64,000 nucleotides of DNA from an uncultured Bacteroidales bacterium. GTDB taxonomy: Bacteria > Bacteroidota > Bacteroidia > Bacteroidales > JAUNSR01. The DNA is taken from assembly GCA_947074105.1 (NCBI GenBank), contig CAMTON010000006.1, forward strand, positions 3,445-67,444, written 5' to 3'. Of the stretch, positions 16,902 to 26,624 are shown one piece after another. A program made the position numbers and the translations under genes. A model generated the notes under the pieces. The model saw nothing but the letters and a program-made list of their open reading frames with translations, did not search any database and was not told the origin of the DNA. Position 1 is the stretch's first letter. Each line of letters starts with the position of its first letter.

Positions 16902-17826
16902 ACAGATACTTATTAAGATTTTGCTTAGCCTGAAAGAAATAAGAGATAGCCTGAATTATAGTAAGAGGTAAAAAAATGGGAATGATTATTCCGAGAATTC
17001 CTATTGCGGCAACAGCCGGTATATTAGTTTTACTGTTATCATTCTCATAAAAAGTATATTTTAAACCGACATGCAGAGTAAATGCAATATAGGCTATTAC
17101 AGGAACAACCGGAACAAGCCAGGCAGTATCAAAATTAAATACAGAATATAAAATAAGAGTCGGGAAACTAAGTTTTAGAAATAATAGAAAACCGTCATTG
17201 ATTTTTTTCATTATGAAACTCATAGAATCGTGTTCAGAAAGCAGGAGGATATTAAGAGGTTCATTTTCATTATATGCAATATTCATAAATATCAGAAATA
17301 ACAATAATATCAGAATAGGCAAAAAAGGAATAAAGCAGGTAATGATTGACAATGTTATCAATATCATTATAAATGGAAGATGTTTTCTTATGAAACCGAC
17401 AAGCTCTAATGAAGTTACGCCAAAGAGAAACAATCTGCTCTTAAAGGAATTACGGGGTTTTCTTTCAGGTACATATGCTATCAGAACGGGCAGTAAACAA
17501 TAAAAAATAATATTATAAAAACTTTCGGCCATAAAAGAAAGTATAATGAGCGGCGAACAAAGCATGAAATACTCTGTAATAAAAAGTTTTTGCGGCATTT
17601 TCATCATATGTCTGCAAAATCCTTTGTCTTTTCTTCCGGTATGAACGGATAATAATACTAAAATTGAAATGACTCCTACAATATAAGAGTTCGGCGTCTT
17701 ATTAAGTTGCTGATATATGACATATAAAATTGCTGCAATAACAGTAAAAAGAAAAATATAAAGTATCGGAACAGAAATTATATCTCTGTATATCCGAATC
17801 AGTTTAAACCGGATTATAGATAACAT
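16885..17826 (-). CDS. polytopic membrane protein, presumed permease partner of the ABC ATPase
   Basis: 313 aa, at least 8 hydrophobic segments. 17-nt overlap with the downstream ATPase gene. No recognisable family motif. Confidence 0.55.
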   Translation of the reverse strand: MLSIIRFKLIRIYRDIISVPILYIFLFTVIAAILYVIYQQLNKTPNSYIVGVISILVLLSVHTGRKDKGFCRHMMKMPQKLFITEYFMLCSPLIILSFMAESFYNIIFYCLLPVLIAYVPERKPRNSFKSRLFLFGVTSLELVGFIRKHLPFIMILITLSIITCFIPFLPILILLLFLIFMNIAYNENEPLNILLLSEHDSMSFIMKKINDGFLLFLKLSFPTLILYSVFNFDTAWLVPVVPVIAYIAFTLHVGLKYTFYENDNSKTNIPAVAAIGILGIIIPIFLPLTIIQAISYFFQAKQNLNKYLYVYNK

Positions 17827-17948
17827 AATGAGGACAAATATAATATTAATAAAAATATGTATTTTATTAATATTATTAATCTTTATCTCAAAAACTCTTC
17901 CGATTTAATTCTTTATTAATACGATATTAAAATCATATCTGAAGTCAT

Positions 17949-18851
17949 TTAATTCTCCATTCTATACTGATTAGGCGACATTCCTACCTGTTTCTTAAAA
18001 AGCCGGCTGAAATACTGAGGATATTCAAAGCCAAGCTCATACGCTATTTCACTGACCGTCTTATTTTTATCGAAAAGTTTCTCCTTCGCTATTTCTGTCA
18101 TTTTAAGCTGAATATGTTCCATTGCGCTTTTGCCGGTCTCTTTGCGCAATAAATCACTGAGATAACTTGCAGAAAAATTAAGTTTATCGGCACAGTATTT
18201 TACGGTAGGTAATCCGGATTCTTTAGGTAAAGAGGAATGAAAATAATCATGCAGAACAGTTTCAAAACGAGACAATGTATCATTATTTACATGAGAACGG
18301 GTAATAAACTGTCGTTCATAAAAACGTTTACAATAATCTAAGAAAATCTCTATATTGGCAATTATAAGACCTTTACTGTGATTATCCATTCCATGCTTAA
18401 GCTCATAATCAATATTCCGCAAACAATCCATAATAATTGTTTTCTCCTGTCTGGAAACATGTAAAGCTTCGTTCACATTATATGAAAAATAAGAATAATC
18501 TTTCATTTTCCGACCCAGAGATGTTCCATGAAGCAGAGACGGGTGAAAGAGTAGTGCTTTTCCCTGAGGATTGATTAATGCTGAAGGATCAGTTTTAATA
18601 ATCTGATTCGGAGCAAGAAAAATAAGAGTCTCCTCGTCATAATCGTAATAATTGCAACCATATTTAAGTTTGCCGCAATTACTTTCCTTGAAAGCTATAT
18701 AATAGAATCCAAAAGAATACTCTTCAGGTATATTGACTATATCAATGTCTGTCTCAGAGAAATCAATAAGTGATACCAACGGATGAAATATCTCTATTCC
18801 AAAGGCGGAATGATGCTCTCCGGGAGTCTCATATCTTACTTGTTTACTCAT
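17949..18851 (-). CDS. AraC family transcriptional regulator
   Basis: C-terminal double HTH (ADKLNFSASYLSDLLRKETGKS...IAYELGFEYPQYFSRLFKKQVGMSPNQYR). Confidence 0.9.
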   Translation of the reverse strand: MSKQVRYETPGEHHSAFGIEIFHPLVSLIDFSETDIDIVNIPEEYSFGFYYIAFKESNCGKLKYGCNYYDYDEETLIFLAPNQIIKTDPSALINPQGKALLFHPSLLHGTSLGRKMKDYSYFSYNVNEALHVSRQEKTIIMDCLRNIDYELKHGMDNHSKGLIIANIEIFLDYCKRFYERQFITRSHVNNDTLSRFETVLHDYFHSSLPKESGLPTVKYCADKLNFSASYLSDLLRKETGKSAMEHIQLKMTEIAKEKLFDKNKTVSEIAYELGFEYPQYFSRLFKKQVGMSPNQYRMEN

Positions 18852-18970
18852 ATCTTTATTTTTTTTGTTTTTACAAATTTAGACTTATGTGATCATGTAA
18901 AAAATTAATCCGCAATATGTATACACTTTTCCTCAATACGTATAAATAAACTTCATATATATTCTATAAT

Positions 18971-19015
18971 CTGCAATATGTATACAAATGCCCTCAATTT
19001 GTATACATATTGCAG
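18971..19015. promoter_or_regulatory. perfect 19-bp inverted repeat (7-nt spacer), candidate operator in the divergent AraC / lipoprotein-MFS promoter region
   Basis: CTGCAATATGTATACAAAT-GCCCTCA-ATTTGTATACATATTGCAG. Each arm contains the 8-bp palindrome TGTATACA. A degenerate upstream copy lies at 18911-18946. Confidence 0.5.
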
Positions 19016-19028
19016 AATGTAACAGAAT

Positions 19029-19036
19029 TAATTTTG
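19029..19036 (+). promoter_or_regulatory. Bacteroidetes -7 promoter box (TAnnTTTG)
   Basis: TAATTTTG, 14 bp after the palindrome and 61 nt before ATG 19097. Confidence 0.4.
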
Positions 19037-19096
19037 TCATATAGAATTTCGTTTAATTATAATATAAATCGGTTTTCAGGCATCAATTTTACAAAT

Positions 19097-19600
19097 ATGA
19101 AACTTAAGTTATTTACATTGTTTATTGTATGTGTATTAAGCATATCCTGTATTAACCGGGAAAACAAAGAAATTATGGAAATAGAAGATAAAATGGCGAT
19201 TAAAGAGCTTGTAGATGTATTCTCTATATTAGCTGACAAAAAAGACGGTATGGCACAAATGGCTCTTTTCACAAAAGATGCTACAGTCGAAACATATATA
19301 GGCGATAAACTTGCAACAGCCTTAAAAGGACAACAGCAGATAGGTGAAACATTTGAGGCTTTTCTGAAAAACTTTGAAACGGTATATCATATCAACGGAC
19401 AGCAGGTTGTAACTCTTAACGGTGATAAAGCAAGCGGGACTTCTTATTGTCTTACCGTTCTTATTTCAGATAACGACGGAGAAAAAACCAAACAGACTAT
19501 AGGAGTAAGATATAATGATGAATTTGTCCGACAAGACGGAAAATGGTTAATATCAGCCAGAAAATCTGAGTTTATGTGGCAGGACAAGGTTAGGTTGTGA
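19097..19600 (+). CDS. SnoaL-like / NTF2-fold lipoprotein
   Basis: Lipoprotein signal MKLKLFTLFIVCVLSISC. The body (AIKELVDVFSILADKKD...YNDEFVRQDGKWLISARK) resembles the SnoaL_3/DUF4440 fold. ATG 19097 is preferred over the track start 19010. Confidence 0.55.
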   Translation: MKLKLFTLFIVCVLSISCINRENKEIMEIEDKMAIKELVDVFSILADKKDGMAQMALFTKDATVETYIGDKLATALKGQQQIGETFEAFLKNFETVYHINGQQVVTLNGDKASGTSYCLTVLISDNDGEKTKQTIGVRYNDEFVRQDGKWLISARKSEFMWQDKVRL

Positions 19601-19753
19601 TGTAACCTTTACTTTCATAAAACGCCATAATCTCCCTAAAATAAAACAAATGGTAAAATCTGTTGTTGAATTCTTGTTAGTTGGTAAATAATTCCTTTTA
19701 TATGACAACTAATAAGTTAACCCTATTGCTGTATAATTTAAATCAAAAAAAAT

Positions 19754-21142
19754 ATGGGAATAAAAACAGGTCAGGGATGGAAGCTTCCAATTATTGCATT
19801 CCTTGATGTCTATATCATTTTCATTATTACATCATTACCGGGGCTTGCAATATCCCCAATTGAAGGGAAGTTAGCGACAATTTTCCCGGGAACTTCTCAT
19901 CTGGAAATTCAGATGATCACAACAGTACCAAACTTCGCGTGTATTCCATTTGTGTTTCTTGGTGGTGCATTGGGGACAAAATTCAATATCCTTAAACTGG
20001 TAAATTGGGCATCTATATTCTATGCTATTGCCGGTGCATTATGTCTTTTCGCTACAGAAATGTGGCAGCTGATTCTTTTAAGTCTTGTATGTGGCCTTTG
20101 TGCGGGTGTTTTATCACCACTTTCTGTTGTTATCATTTCAAAGATATTTATGGGTTCATACCGTACAAAACAATTCGGTTATACTTCGGCTACACTTAAT
20201 GCCGTGCTGGTTGTTTCGGTGATAGCTACCGGATATCTTGCTGAGATAAACTGGCACTTACCATTCTTACTATATGTTGTTCCGGTTATACCGATCATAT
20301 TATATCCATGGTTGAAAAAATATGTTCCGGAGCCTGAAAAGGATAAAAAATTATCTGGAGCACCTAAAGTCAAATTCAAATTCGCTAATGAATGTAAAGT
20401 CCCTACTTTAATAAGAATATGTGTGGAATATTTCTGGTTAAACTTTGCTCTTGCGAGCTTCAGTCTATATATTCCGTTCCTTGTTCAATCTTACGGTCAT
20501 GACAGCGGCATGGCAGGCGACTTGACTTCCGTAATTTATGCGGGAATCATGATTTCAGGGTTTACATTAAGTTGGTGTCTTAAAATATTGAAACGAACTA
20601 CATGGGATATGATATTATTATTTACTTCTATAGGAATGCTGTTAATGATTGTCAGCAGAAATCCATTTATAATGGGTGCCGGTATTTTCATAGCATCAAT
20701 CGGATATGGTATCGGACAGCCACATGCTTATGACAGCGTTTCGAAGATATCAACTCCGCGTGCAAATTCACTGGCTTTATCGTTCCTGATGATTATGTGT
20801 TCAATTGGTATGGTGATATGTCCGTTTATTATAGATCCGATAGGAAAATTACTTCATCTGTCACATTTTCCTACTTACCCATACTGGTTCTGTCTTATAA
20901 TAAGTGTCATCGGCTGGCTTGGAGTACTTTTCAGACGTCTTATCCTTCAGGGCAAAGAAAAAAGAGAAGAAGCTACACTTGCACACGCCGGTACCGGAAC
21001 TGCAGCACCTTCTAATCCTTCTGTAAAAAGTTCAACTCCGGCTTCTGCACCTTCGAAAGGTCCTGCATCTCCGACATCAGGGACTTCTTCTTCAGCAACA
21101 GGTAATTCTGCAGAAAAGCCTAAAGATCCTAATTCAAAATAA
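19754..21142 (+). CDS. MFS transporter with Ser/Pro/Thr/Ala-rich C-terminal tail
   Basis: About 12 TM segments. The last approx 62 aa are low complexity (AHAGTGTAAPSNPSVKSSTPASAPSKGPASPTSGTSSSATGNSAEKPKDPNSK). Confidence 0.75.
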   Translation: MGIKTGQGWKLPIIAFLDVYIIFIITSLPGLAISPIEGKLATIFPGTSHLEIQMITTVPNFACIPFVFLGGALGTKFNILKLVNWASIFYAIAGALCLFATEMWQLILLSLVCGLCAGVLSPLSVVIISKIFMGSYRTKQFGYTSATLNAVLVVSVIATGYLAEINWHLPFLLYVVPVIPIILYPWLKKYVPEPEKDKKLSGAPKVKFKFANECKVPTLIRICVEYFWLNFALASFSLYIPFLVQSYGHDSGMAGDLTSVIYAGIMISGFTLSWCLKILKRTTWDMILLFTSIGMLLMIVSRNPFIMGAGIFIASIGYGIGQPHAYDSVSKISTPRANSLALSFLMIMCSIGMVICPFIIDPIGKLLHLSHFPTYPYWFCLIISVIGWLGVLFRRLILQGKEKREEATLAHAGTGTAAPSNPSVKSSTPASAPSKGPASPTSGTSSSATGNSAEKPKDPNSK

Positions 21143-21227
21143 TAATTTTTTATTTTTCAGTTTTTCCTTTATATATCTTTCATGAATGATCAGAAAGAAT
21201 ATAAGTTATGAAACTATCATTTTAAAT

Positions 21228-21266
21228 AAAGCCGAATCAGCAAATAAAATAAGCTGATTCGGCTTT
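21228..21266. terminator. bidirectional hairpin terminator
   Basis: AAAGCCGAATCAGC / GCTGATTCGGCTTT 14-bp stem between convergent genes. Confidence 0.7.
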
Positions 21267-21316
21267 AATAATATTAATATTTATAATTCAATATTTACGT
21301 AGTCACAGACTAGTAC

Positions 21317-22126
21317 TCAGACTCCTTTTTTATTTTTCGCAAATTCCTTAGCATTTTCTATAAGAATCTGATAAATCTTAAGCATCTGTTCATCATTATC
21401 ATCTATCAATCCTTCCGGGTGCCACTGTACGGTAAATATAGGACGGGTAGGATGCTGTGTTCCTTCGATTATGCCATCAGGAGATAAAGCTGTTACAACG
21501 AAATCTTTCCCGACTTCTTTAACCGCCTGATGATGGAATGAATTTACCCATACAGGTTCATTGCCAAATATAGGTTTTAAAACAGAATCATAATCAGTGA
21601 GTTTAACAGTATGAGATGGTTGATATCGTGGTTGTTCCTGAAAATGTTTCAACTTTGTTTCTTTTCTTTCCGCATAAATGTCCTGGTACATACTTCCTCC
21701 AAATGCTATATTTACGACCTGATGTCCCCGGCATACTCCCATTATAGGAATATTCATATCTGCAGCCAGACGTAAAGCTGTAAAATCACATAAATCAAGA
21801 TATGTATCGACAGAAGTCAGCTGCGGAATAGGTTCTTCTTCAAAGAACAGAGGATTTACATCATAACCTCCGGGAACAAGAATTCCATCAAGATTTTCAA
21901 TAAGTGATGATAATGCAGGAATATCATAAATTACAGGAATCAGTACAGGAGCTCCTCCGGCTTTTAAAACTGCATCAATATAAATGTCAGGAACACTACT
22001 TTGTTTATTCCCGCTTACTGTTGTAATGCCGATAAGAGGGAGTCTTTCCTTCTTTTCATTTTTTTCAAATTCGTCTATCGCCTGATAAAGACTTTTAAGA
22101 TTCGGATGCGGCAATCTTTTACTCAT
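21317..22126 (-). CDS. class I glutamine amidotransferase-like, gamma-glutamyl-GABA hydrolase (peptidase C26/PuuD) family
   Basis: Nucleophile elbow GVCRGHQ and downstream HHQAV and QWHPE blocks. Confidence 0.8.
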   Translation of the reverse strand: MSKRLPHPNLKSLYQAIDEFEKNEKKERLPLIGITTVSGNKQSSVPDIYIDAVLKAGGAPVLIPVIYDIPALSSLIENLDGILVPGGYDVNPLFFEEEPIPQLTSVDTYLDLCDFTALRLAADMNIPIMGVCRGHQVVNIAFGGSMYQDIYAERKETKLKHFQEQPRYQPSHTVKLTDYDSVLKPIFGNEPVWVNSFHHQAVKEVGKDFVVTALSPDGIIEGTQHPTRPIFTVQWHPEGLIDDNDEQMLKIYQILIENAKEFAKNKKGV

Positions 22127-22315
22127 AATTATATTTTTTAGATTAAACAGTCCCTTTCAACATGATAAAAACATTATTGAAACATTAGTAAAAATGATTT
22201 GTTCATCAATAAAAACATACAAACAGGTATTGATAAATAACTTGTGAAATATCCTTTATTAAGATATAATGCGAACTTATCCTCTACCTTAATTTATGAA
22301 TAACAGAAAAAAGTA

Positions 22316-23281
22316 TCAGCGACTCTGTTTAAAAAGCCAGTCGCGTACTCCTTCCAGTTTATAAGCATAGTCGAAAGATGACATATGTTCATTACCGCCT
22401 CCATCTTCAGGTAGTACGGTTCCCCGATCGAATGTTATATAATTAATATTATTTTCTTCAGACAGAAGCTTCTGCACATTTGCTTCCTGCAATGACTGAG
22501 GAGCCTTGGCATCCCAGTTTCCTTCACTGATTTCCGCATTCAGAGATTTCAACACCTCTGTCAGTTCATTTCTTCCTTTTGAGGCTTTCATATCCCCTTC
22601 TCCTACAATATAGAAAAACCGCTGATTGACAAATTCTTTCATCTTAGTTGCGTCCCATTGACAGCCGACATATACTGATGCAGCAAATAATTCAGAATAA
22701 TTAATGTCATAATATAAAGACATCATCCCTCCCATAGACTGACCGGTCTTATATACACGATCTTCATCTATAGAATATTGTTTCATAAGACTCTTAAGTA
22801 AACGTATTGTTTCGTCTACTTCGTATGTAGTATTGAAATCATCATCTACAGTTTTAGTCTTATATTGAGGAACCAGGACAAAACAGGGATTTTTCGCCTG
22901 TTCTTTTTCCGAAGCCCATATAATACCTCCGTAACCTTGAGTTAAGGGTACGGAAACATCTTTTTTAGAAGTACTGGCATCTCCGATAAACATCACTAAC
23001 GGATATTTCTTATCTGGATCATAGTTATCCGGAATAAAAAGATTATAACTCATTGTATCATTTGTTTCCTCATCCCAATATTTAAGAACTTTGAATTTAT
23101 TCACGGTTTCAGTTATCAATGAGCGGAGTTCGGCATCATTACTTTTATCGATCTGCCGGCCCCATCGTCCGGAGTTATTGTTTTGAAAGTTTGTTACATT
23201 ATTCTGTGAATACATATTTGCTGCAAATGCGATATTAAGCAGAAATATCGTTAGAAGCCTGATTTTCTTATTATTAAGCAT
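22316..23281 (-). CDS. secreted alpha/beta hydrolase (esterase)
   Basis: Signal peptide and GQSMGG nucleophile elbow. Overall layout resembles the PHB-depolymerase/feruloyl-esterase type. Confidence 0.7.
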   Translation of the reverse strand: MLNNKKIRLLTIFLLNIAFAANMYSQNNVTNFQNNNSGRWGRQIDKSNDAELRSLITETVNKFKVLKYWDEETNDTMSYNLFIPDNYDPDKKYPLVMFIGDASTSKKDVSVPLTQGYGGIIWASEKEQAKNPCFVLVPQYKTKTVDDDFNTTYEVDETIRLLKSLMKQYSIDEDRVYKTGQSMGGMMSLYYDINYSELFAASVYVGCQWDATKMKEFVNQRFFYIVGEGDMKASKGRNELTEVLKSLNAEISEGNWDAKAPQSLQEANVQKLLSEENNINYITFDRGTVLPEDGGGNEHMSSFDYAYKLEGVRDWLFKQSR

Positions 23282-23387
23282 AATCTTATTTTTTCTTTTA
23301 TGACAATCAAAAAATAAAAAAGTTTAAACCGATTCTGAATTAAACAATATATATAAATAAGATTTTCAGCTCCTGTTTTAATCAAAA

Positions 23388-23423
23388 AAGGGATATCTGA
23401 CTATAAATATTCAGATATCCCTT
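23388..23423 (-). terminator. rho-independent terminator of the EEP gene
   Basis: AAGGGATATCTGA / TCAGATATCCCTT stem. On the minus strand it is followed by TTTTTT. Confidence 0.7.
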
Positions 23424-23493
23424 TCTGTTTTAACAAATGGATTTTAATTTTTTGTCCATCCGGCAGAAATTATATTATTTAAATTTCCTCTTA

Positions 23494-25212
23494 TCATTTA
23501 ATAAATACTTTTCTGGATGTTCCGTCACTCATCTGAAGGATATTCAATCCTTTTGACATCTGATCTATACGTGTACCTGTTATATCATATATCGCAACGA
23601 CAGTTGAACCATCTACTGATGAAGAAGGATCTAAAGATGCCAGTACATTCTCATTTATCTTTGTTACGATATCATACAGCTCCTGAGTATCCTGAGCACT
23701 TGATGAGAAATTTGATTTTTTTGAAAGAACACCGGAAAGTTCTTCTTTAAGATAATCAGGAAGTTCTCCTCCGTAAAGTCTGTTCGCTGCATTATAAGCC
23801 TGAACATAAGCTTCATGAGCATCTTTCTGATCCTTAGAGATCAACATCCAGTCATTATATTCTGATTTTGAAGAAGCAGAAGTATATGCAATATCACCTT
23901 TTGCTGTCTTTACATCAACATTAAAATATCTTGTCTGACCTAACACTTTTGAAGTTAATTTATATGTCCCTTCTGTATCTCCGCTTTCATAACTAAATGT
24001 CGTTGCTCCGCTTCCTTCAACAATTCCGGCCATTTTCAGCATATAACCGTCGCTGTTTTCCACTGTAAAGCCTGAATCCGGATTACCTTTTATAAACCAT
24101 GTCAGTCCCTGTTCGATCTCGTGCATAGCCGGTCTTGAATTATTGGTAACAAAGAAACCTGATCCGACATTGTATAGATACACTTCCTGATCATTACCTG
24201 CAAGAGCCTCTCCGACCCACCAGTTTTCAGCTGCCGTAGGTCTGAACTCTGTTCCGGAAGCAACAAATTCAACTATAACAGGTTTATGATCTCCAAGGGT
24301 ATAAGCTTCGTCAAACTCAATATATTGCGGTGTAAGTTTTACTCCACCGTGAGTAGGATTAAGATATATCACCTTATCTACAATCTCTCCTCTTCTGTAA
24401 CCAAGATCACCGACCATAAGAGCATTAGATCCCAAAACCGGATATACTCCGTTTTTACATTTTTCCACCCATACATCAGTAACAGTATAATTGCCGGCTT
24501 CAATAATCGGGTTAGTAAAAAGCTTAAGGATACTATCACGAGTGTAACGGCTGTTGGTATCGCCCATAACGATTTTAGGACGGCCGTTTTTAGAACTTAA
24601 TATTACGTCACGCAACTGTTCCCACTGTGATGCACGTGCAGCATTCGACTGCGTATCTGTATTTGCATCCATGTGAAGTATAAAAAAGTCAACTTCAATA
24701 CCGTCTGCAAAAGTAATCGTATATTTTCTGTAGCCTTTAGTGATAAGTTCATCAGCTCCGTCTGTGAATTTTCCATATGACTGTTCCCAACCAGTCCAGC
24801 TTTCACCGCTCATGGTAAGACCTTTCTTCCACATAAGATTCAGACCATCTGTAAAAAATCTCAGGTTACTGAAATCAAGAGAAGACGATTCAAGCCCCCC
24901 GCGGTAAGTACCGAACTCATACATCTCTTCCGAGTTTTCTCTAAGATTCTGATGATAGTTGAAATCCTCGCTTAAGGCCACTACGTCAAAACCTTTTTCA
25001 ACAAGATATTTTCCGATTTTGGCTGTTCCTTCCTCGCCCGGACCATCAGGGTTAAGGTTAATGCCCAGTATTGATAAAGGTAACCCGTCGACGTTAAGCG
25101 GACATACCGTAAATTTTGCTGAAACTTCCTGTGCATTTATTACTATAGGAGACAACAACGCCATAGCTGCCATACAGCTAACTTTTCTGATCATCTGATT
25201 TGCAATCTTCAT
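23494..25212 (-). CDS. secreted endonuclease/exonuclease/phosphatase (EEP) family protein with extra middle domain and T9SS CTD
   Basis: Signal peptide. N-terminal EEP block (CPLNVDGLPL...FDVVALSEDFNYH...IVMGDTNSRY...DHKPV). C-terminal VVAIYDITGTRIDQMSKGLNILQMSDGTSRKVFIK is CTD-like. Confidence 0.65.
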   Translation of the reverse strand: MKIANQMIRKVSCMAAMALLSPIVINAQEVSAKFTVCPLNVDGLPLSILGINLNPDGPGEEGTAKIGKYLVEKGFDVVALSEDFNYHQNLRENSEEMYEFGTYRGGLESSSLDFSNLRFFTDGLNLMWKKGLTMSGESWTGWEQSYGKFTDGADELITKGYRKYTITFADGIEVDFFILHMDANTDTQSNAARASQWEQLRDVILSSKNGRPKIVMGDTNSRYTRDSILKLFTNPIIEAGNYTVTDVWVEKCKNGVYPVLGSNALMVGDLGYRRGEIVDKVIYLNPTHGGVKLTPQYIEFDEAYTLGDHKPVIVEFVASGTEFRPTAAENWWVGEALAGNDQEVYLYNVGSGFFVTNNSRPAMHEIEQGLTWFIKGNPDSGFTVENSDGYMLKMAGIVEGSGATTFSYESGDTEGTYKLTSKVLGQTRYFNVDVKTAKGDIAYTSASSKSEYNDWMLISKDQKDAHEAYVQAYNAANRLYGGELPDYLKEELSGVLSKKSNFSSSAQDTQELYDIVTKINENVLASLDPSSSVDGSTVVAIYDITGTRIDQMSKGLNILQMSDGTSRKVFIK

Positions 25213-25841
25213 TTTCGAATGTTTGTTTAAATGGTATTATATAATTATTGTAGTATTCTTAAAATTCGGCACTTTGTGAAAAAACTTATATTAAGGCGTG
25301 TTAATAATGACGTTTATTGTTTCTCGTCATAAAAAATTAGCTAAGAGATTGATTAAAGAATCAAAATCTAACATCTCTAACTAAAATACGTGTATCAGTA
25401 AAGGTTTTCTTTATTTTGCCGGTTAGCAAATCTATTGTTTTTATATTATTAATTAACTAACTGTAAGGCAATAATAATATGATTAATTCATTCCTGCAAG
25501 AATAAGCGACTTAAATATTAATTTTTATGCGGTTAATTTTCAATATTAAAGACCTCATTGCTTAATCTTAGTCGATAATTAATATTTAAATATATCTATT
25601 TCATTTCAACAACATCGTAATCAACTGAAACTTAATAACAAAGCCATTCTAATGTTTAATTTTATTTATATTTGAATATATTATATAATTATAAAAAATT
25701 CGTTGTTTTGTCTTTTTTAACAGCTATATTCTTTAATAAAAAACCCTCTGTAATAATATTGTTAATGAAGGAAATTAAAGACAACGGAAATCGTAAATTA
25801 TACAGCAAAGTCTGTAATCTTCAATAATAAATATATTCAAA

Positions 25842-26531
25842 ATGCGAACACTTACATTATTATTTATCTTACTTTCTTCATTATTCAGCGTCAAAGCACA
25901 GAAAATAACTCCAATAGAACCATCAATGTCGGATGCTCTTTTCATTCTAAAATCAATGGGAATCGAGATGGTAAGATTTGATTTAAGTACACTACAGCAA
26001 AACACTTTTGAAATCAGTATATATATTGATGAATATATCGACGGGGTTAAACAGGAAAGAAAACTGGACAGAAATTTAGGCAAAAACAGGGAAATAGTTT
26101 CTGAAGATATAGCAGCGGACTTCATAGCTGCTAAATCTGAGAATTTTGATACGGTTAATAATGTTTTATTACGTCATAAAGATATTGGAATATATATTTT
26201 ACCTGAGAATGATTCTGTAGTTACATGTCGAATAAATCTTACAGACGGTGCTACACTCTCTACACCTTTACCTTTAAAGGAATTAAAACCTACATCTCCC
26301 CGCTTTAGATTCTCTTATGAGATGCGACCTTTCAGCGTAAATGAATTCAATCAGTCATCGTCAGAAATTCCCTTAATGCTTTATGCCTCATATTGGTATG
26401 ACGATAAATCCTATGTTTACAGATTCTGCGGTGAAAAGATGATAGATCCGGAAATGAATAGTGATAGTAATATTTTGACTTATTCTCCACATTATTATGT
26501 GATAGGAATTTCTGTTGTTAAAGTATTGTGA
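25842..26531 (+). CDS. hypothetical secreted protein
   Basis: Signal peptide MRTLTLLFILLSSLFSVKAQ. No recognisable motif. Confidence 0.55.
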   Translation: MRTLTLLFILLSSLFSVKAQKITPIEPSMSDALFILKSMGIEMVRFDLSTLQQNTFEISIYIDEYIDGVKQERKLDRNLGKNREIVSEDIAADFIAAKSENFDTVNNVLLRHKDIGIYILPENDSVVTCRINLTDGATLSTPLPLKELKPTSPRFRFSYEMRPFSVNEFNQSSSEIPLMLYASYWYDDKSYVYRFCGEKMIDPEMNSDSNILTYSPHYYVIGISVVKVL

Positions 26532-26624
26532 TTGAATTGTATTATTTAATCACTTATCTAAAAGACAAACACTTATAATTATATTTTAGTATCTAAAGAA
26601 AAATAATTAAAAAATAGTTTTTCT

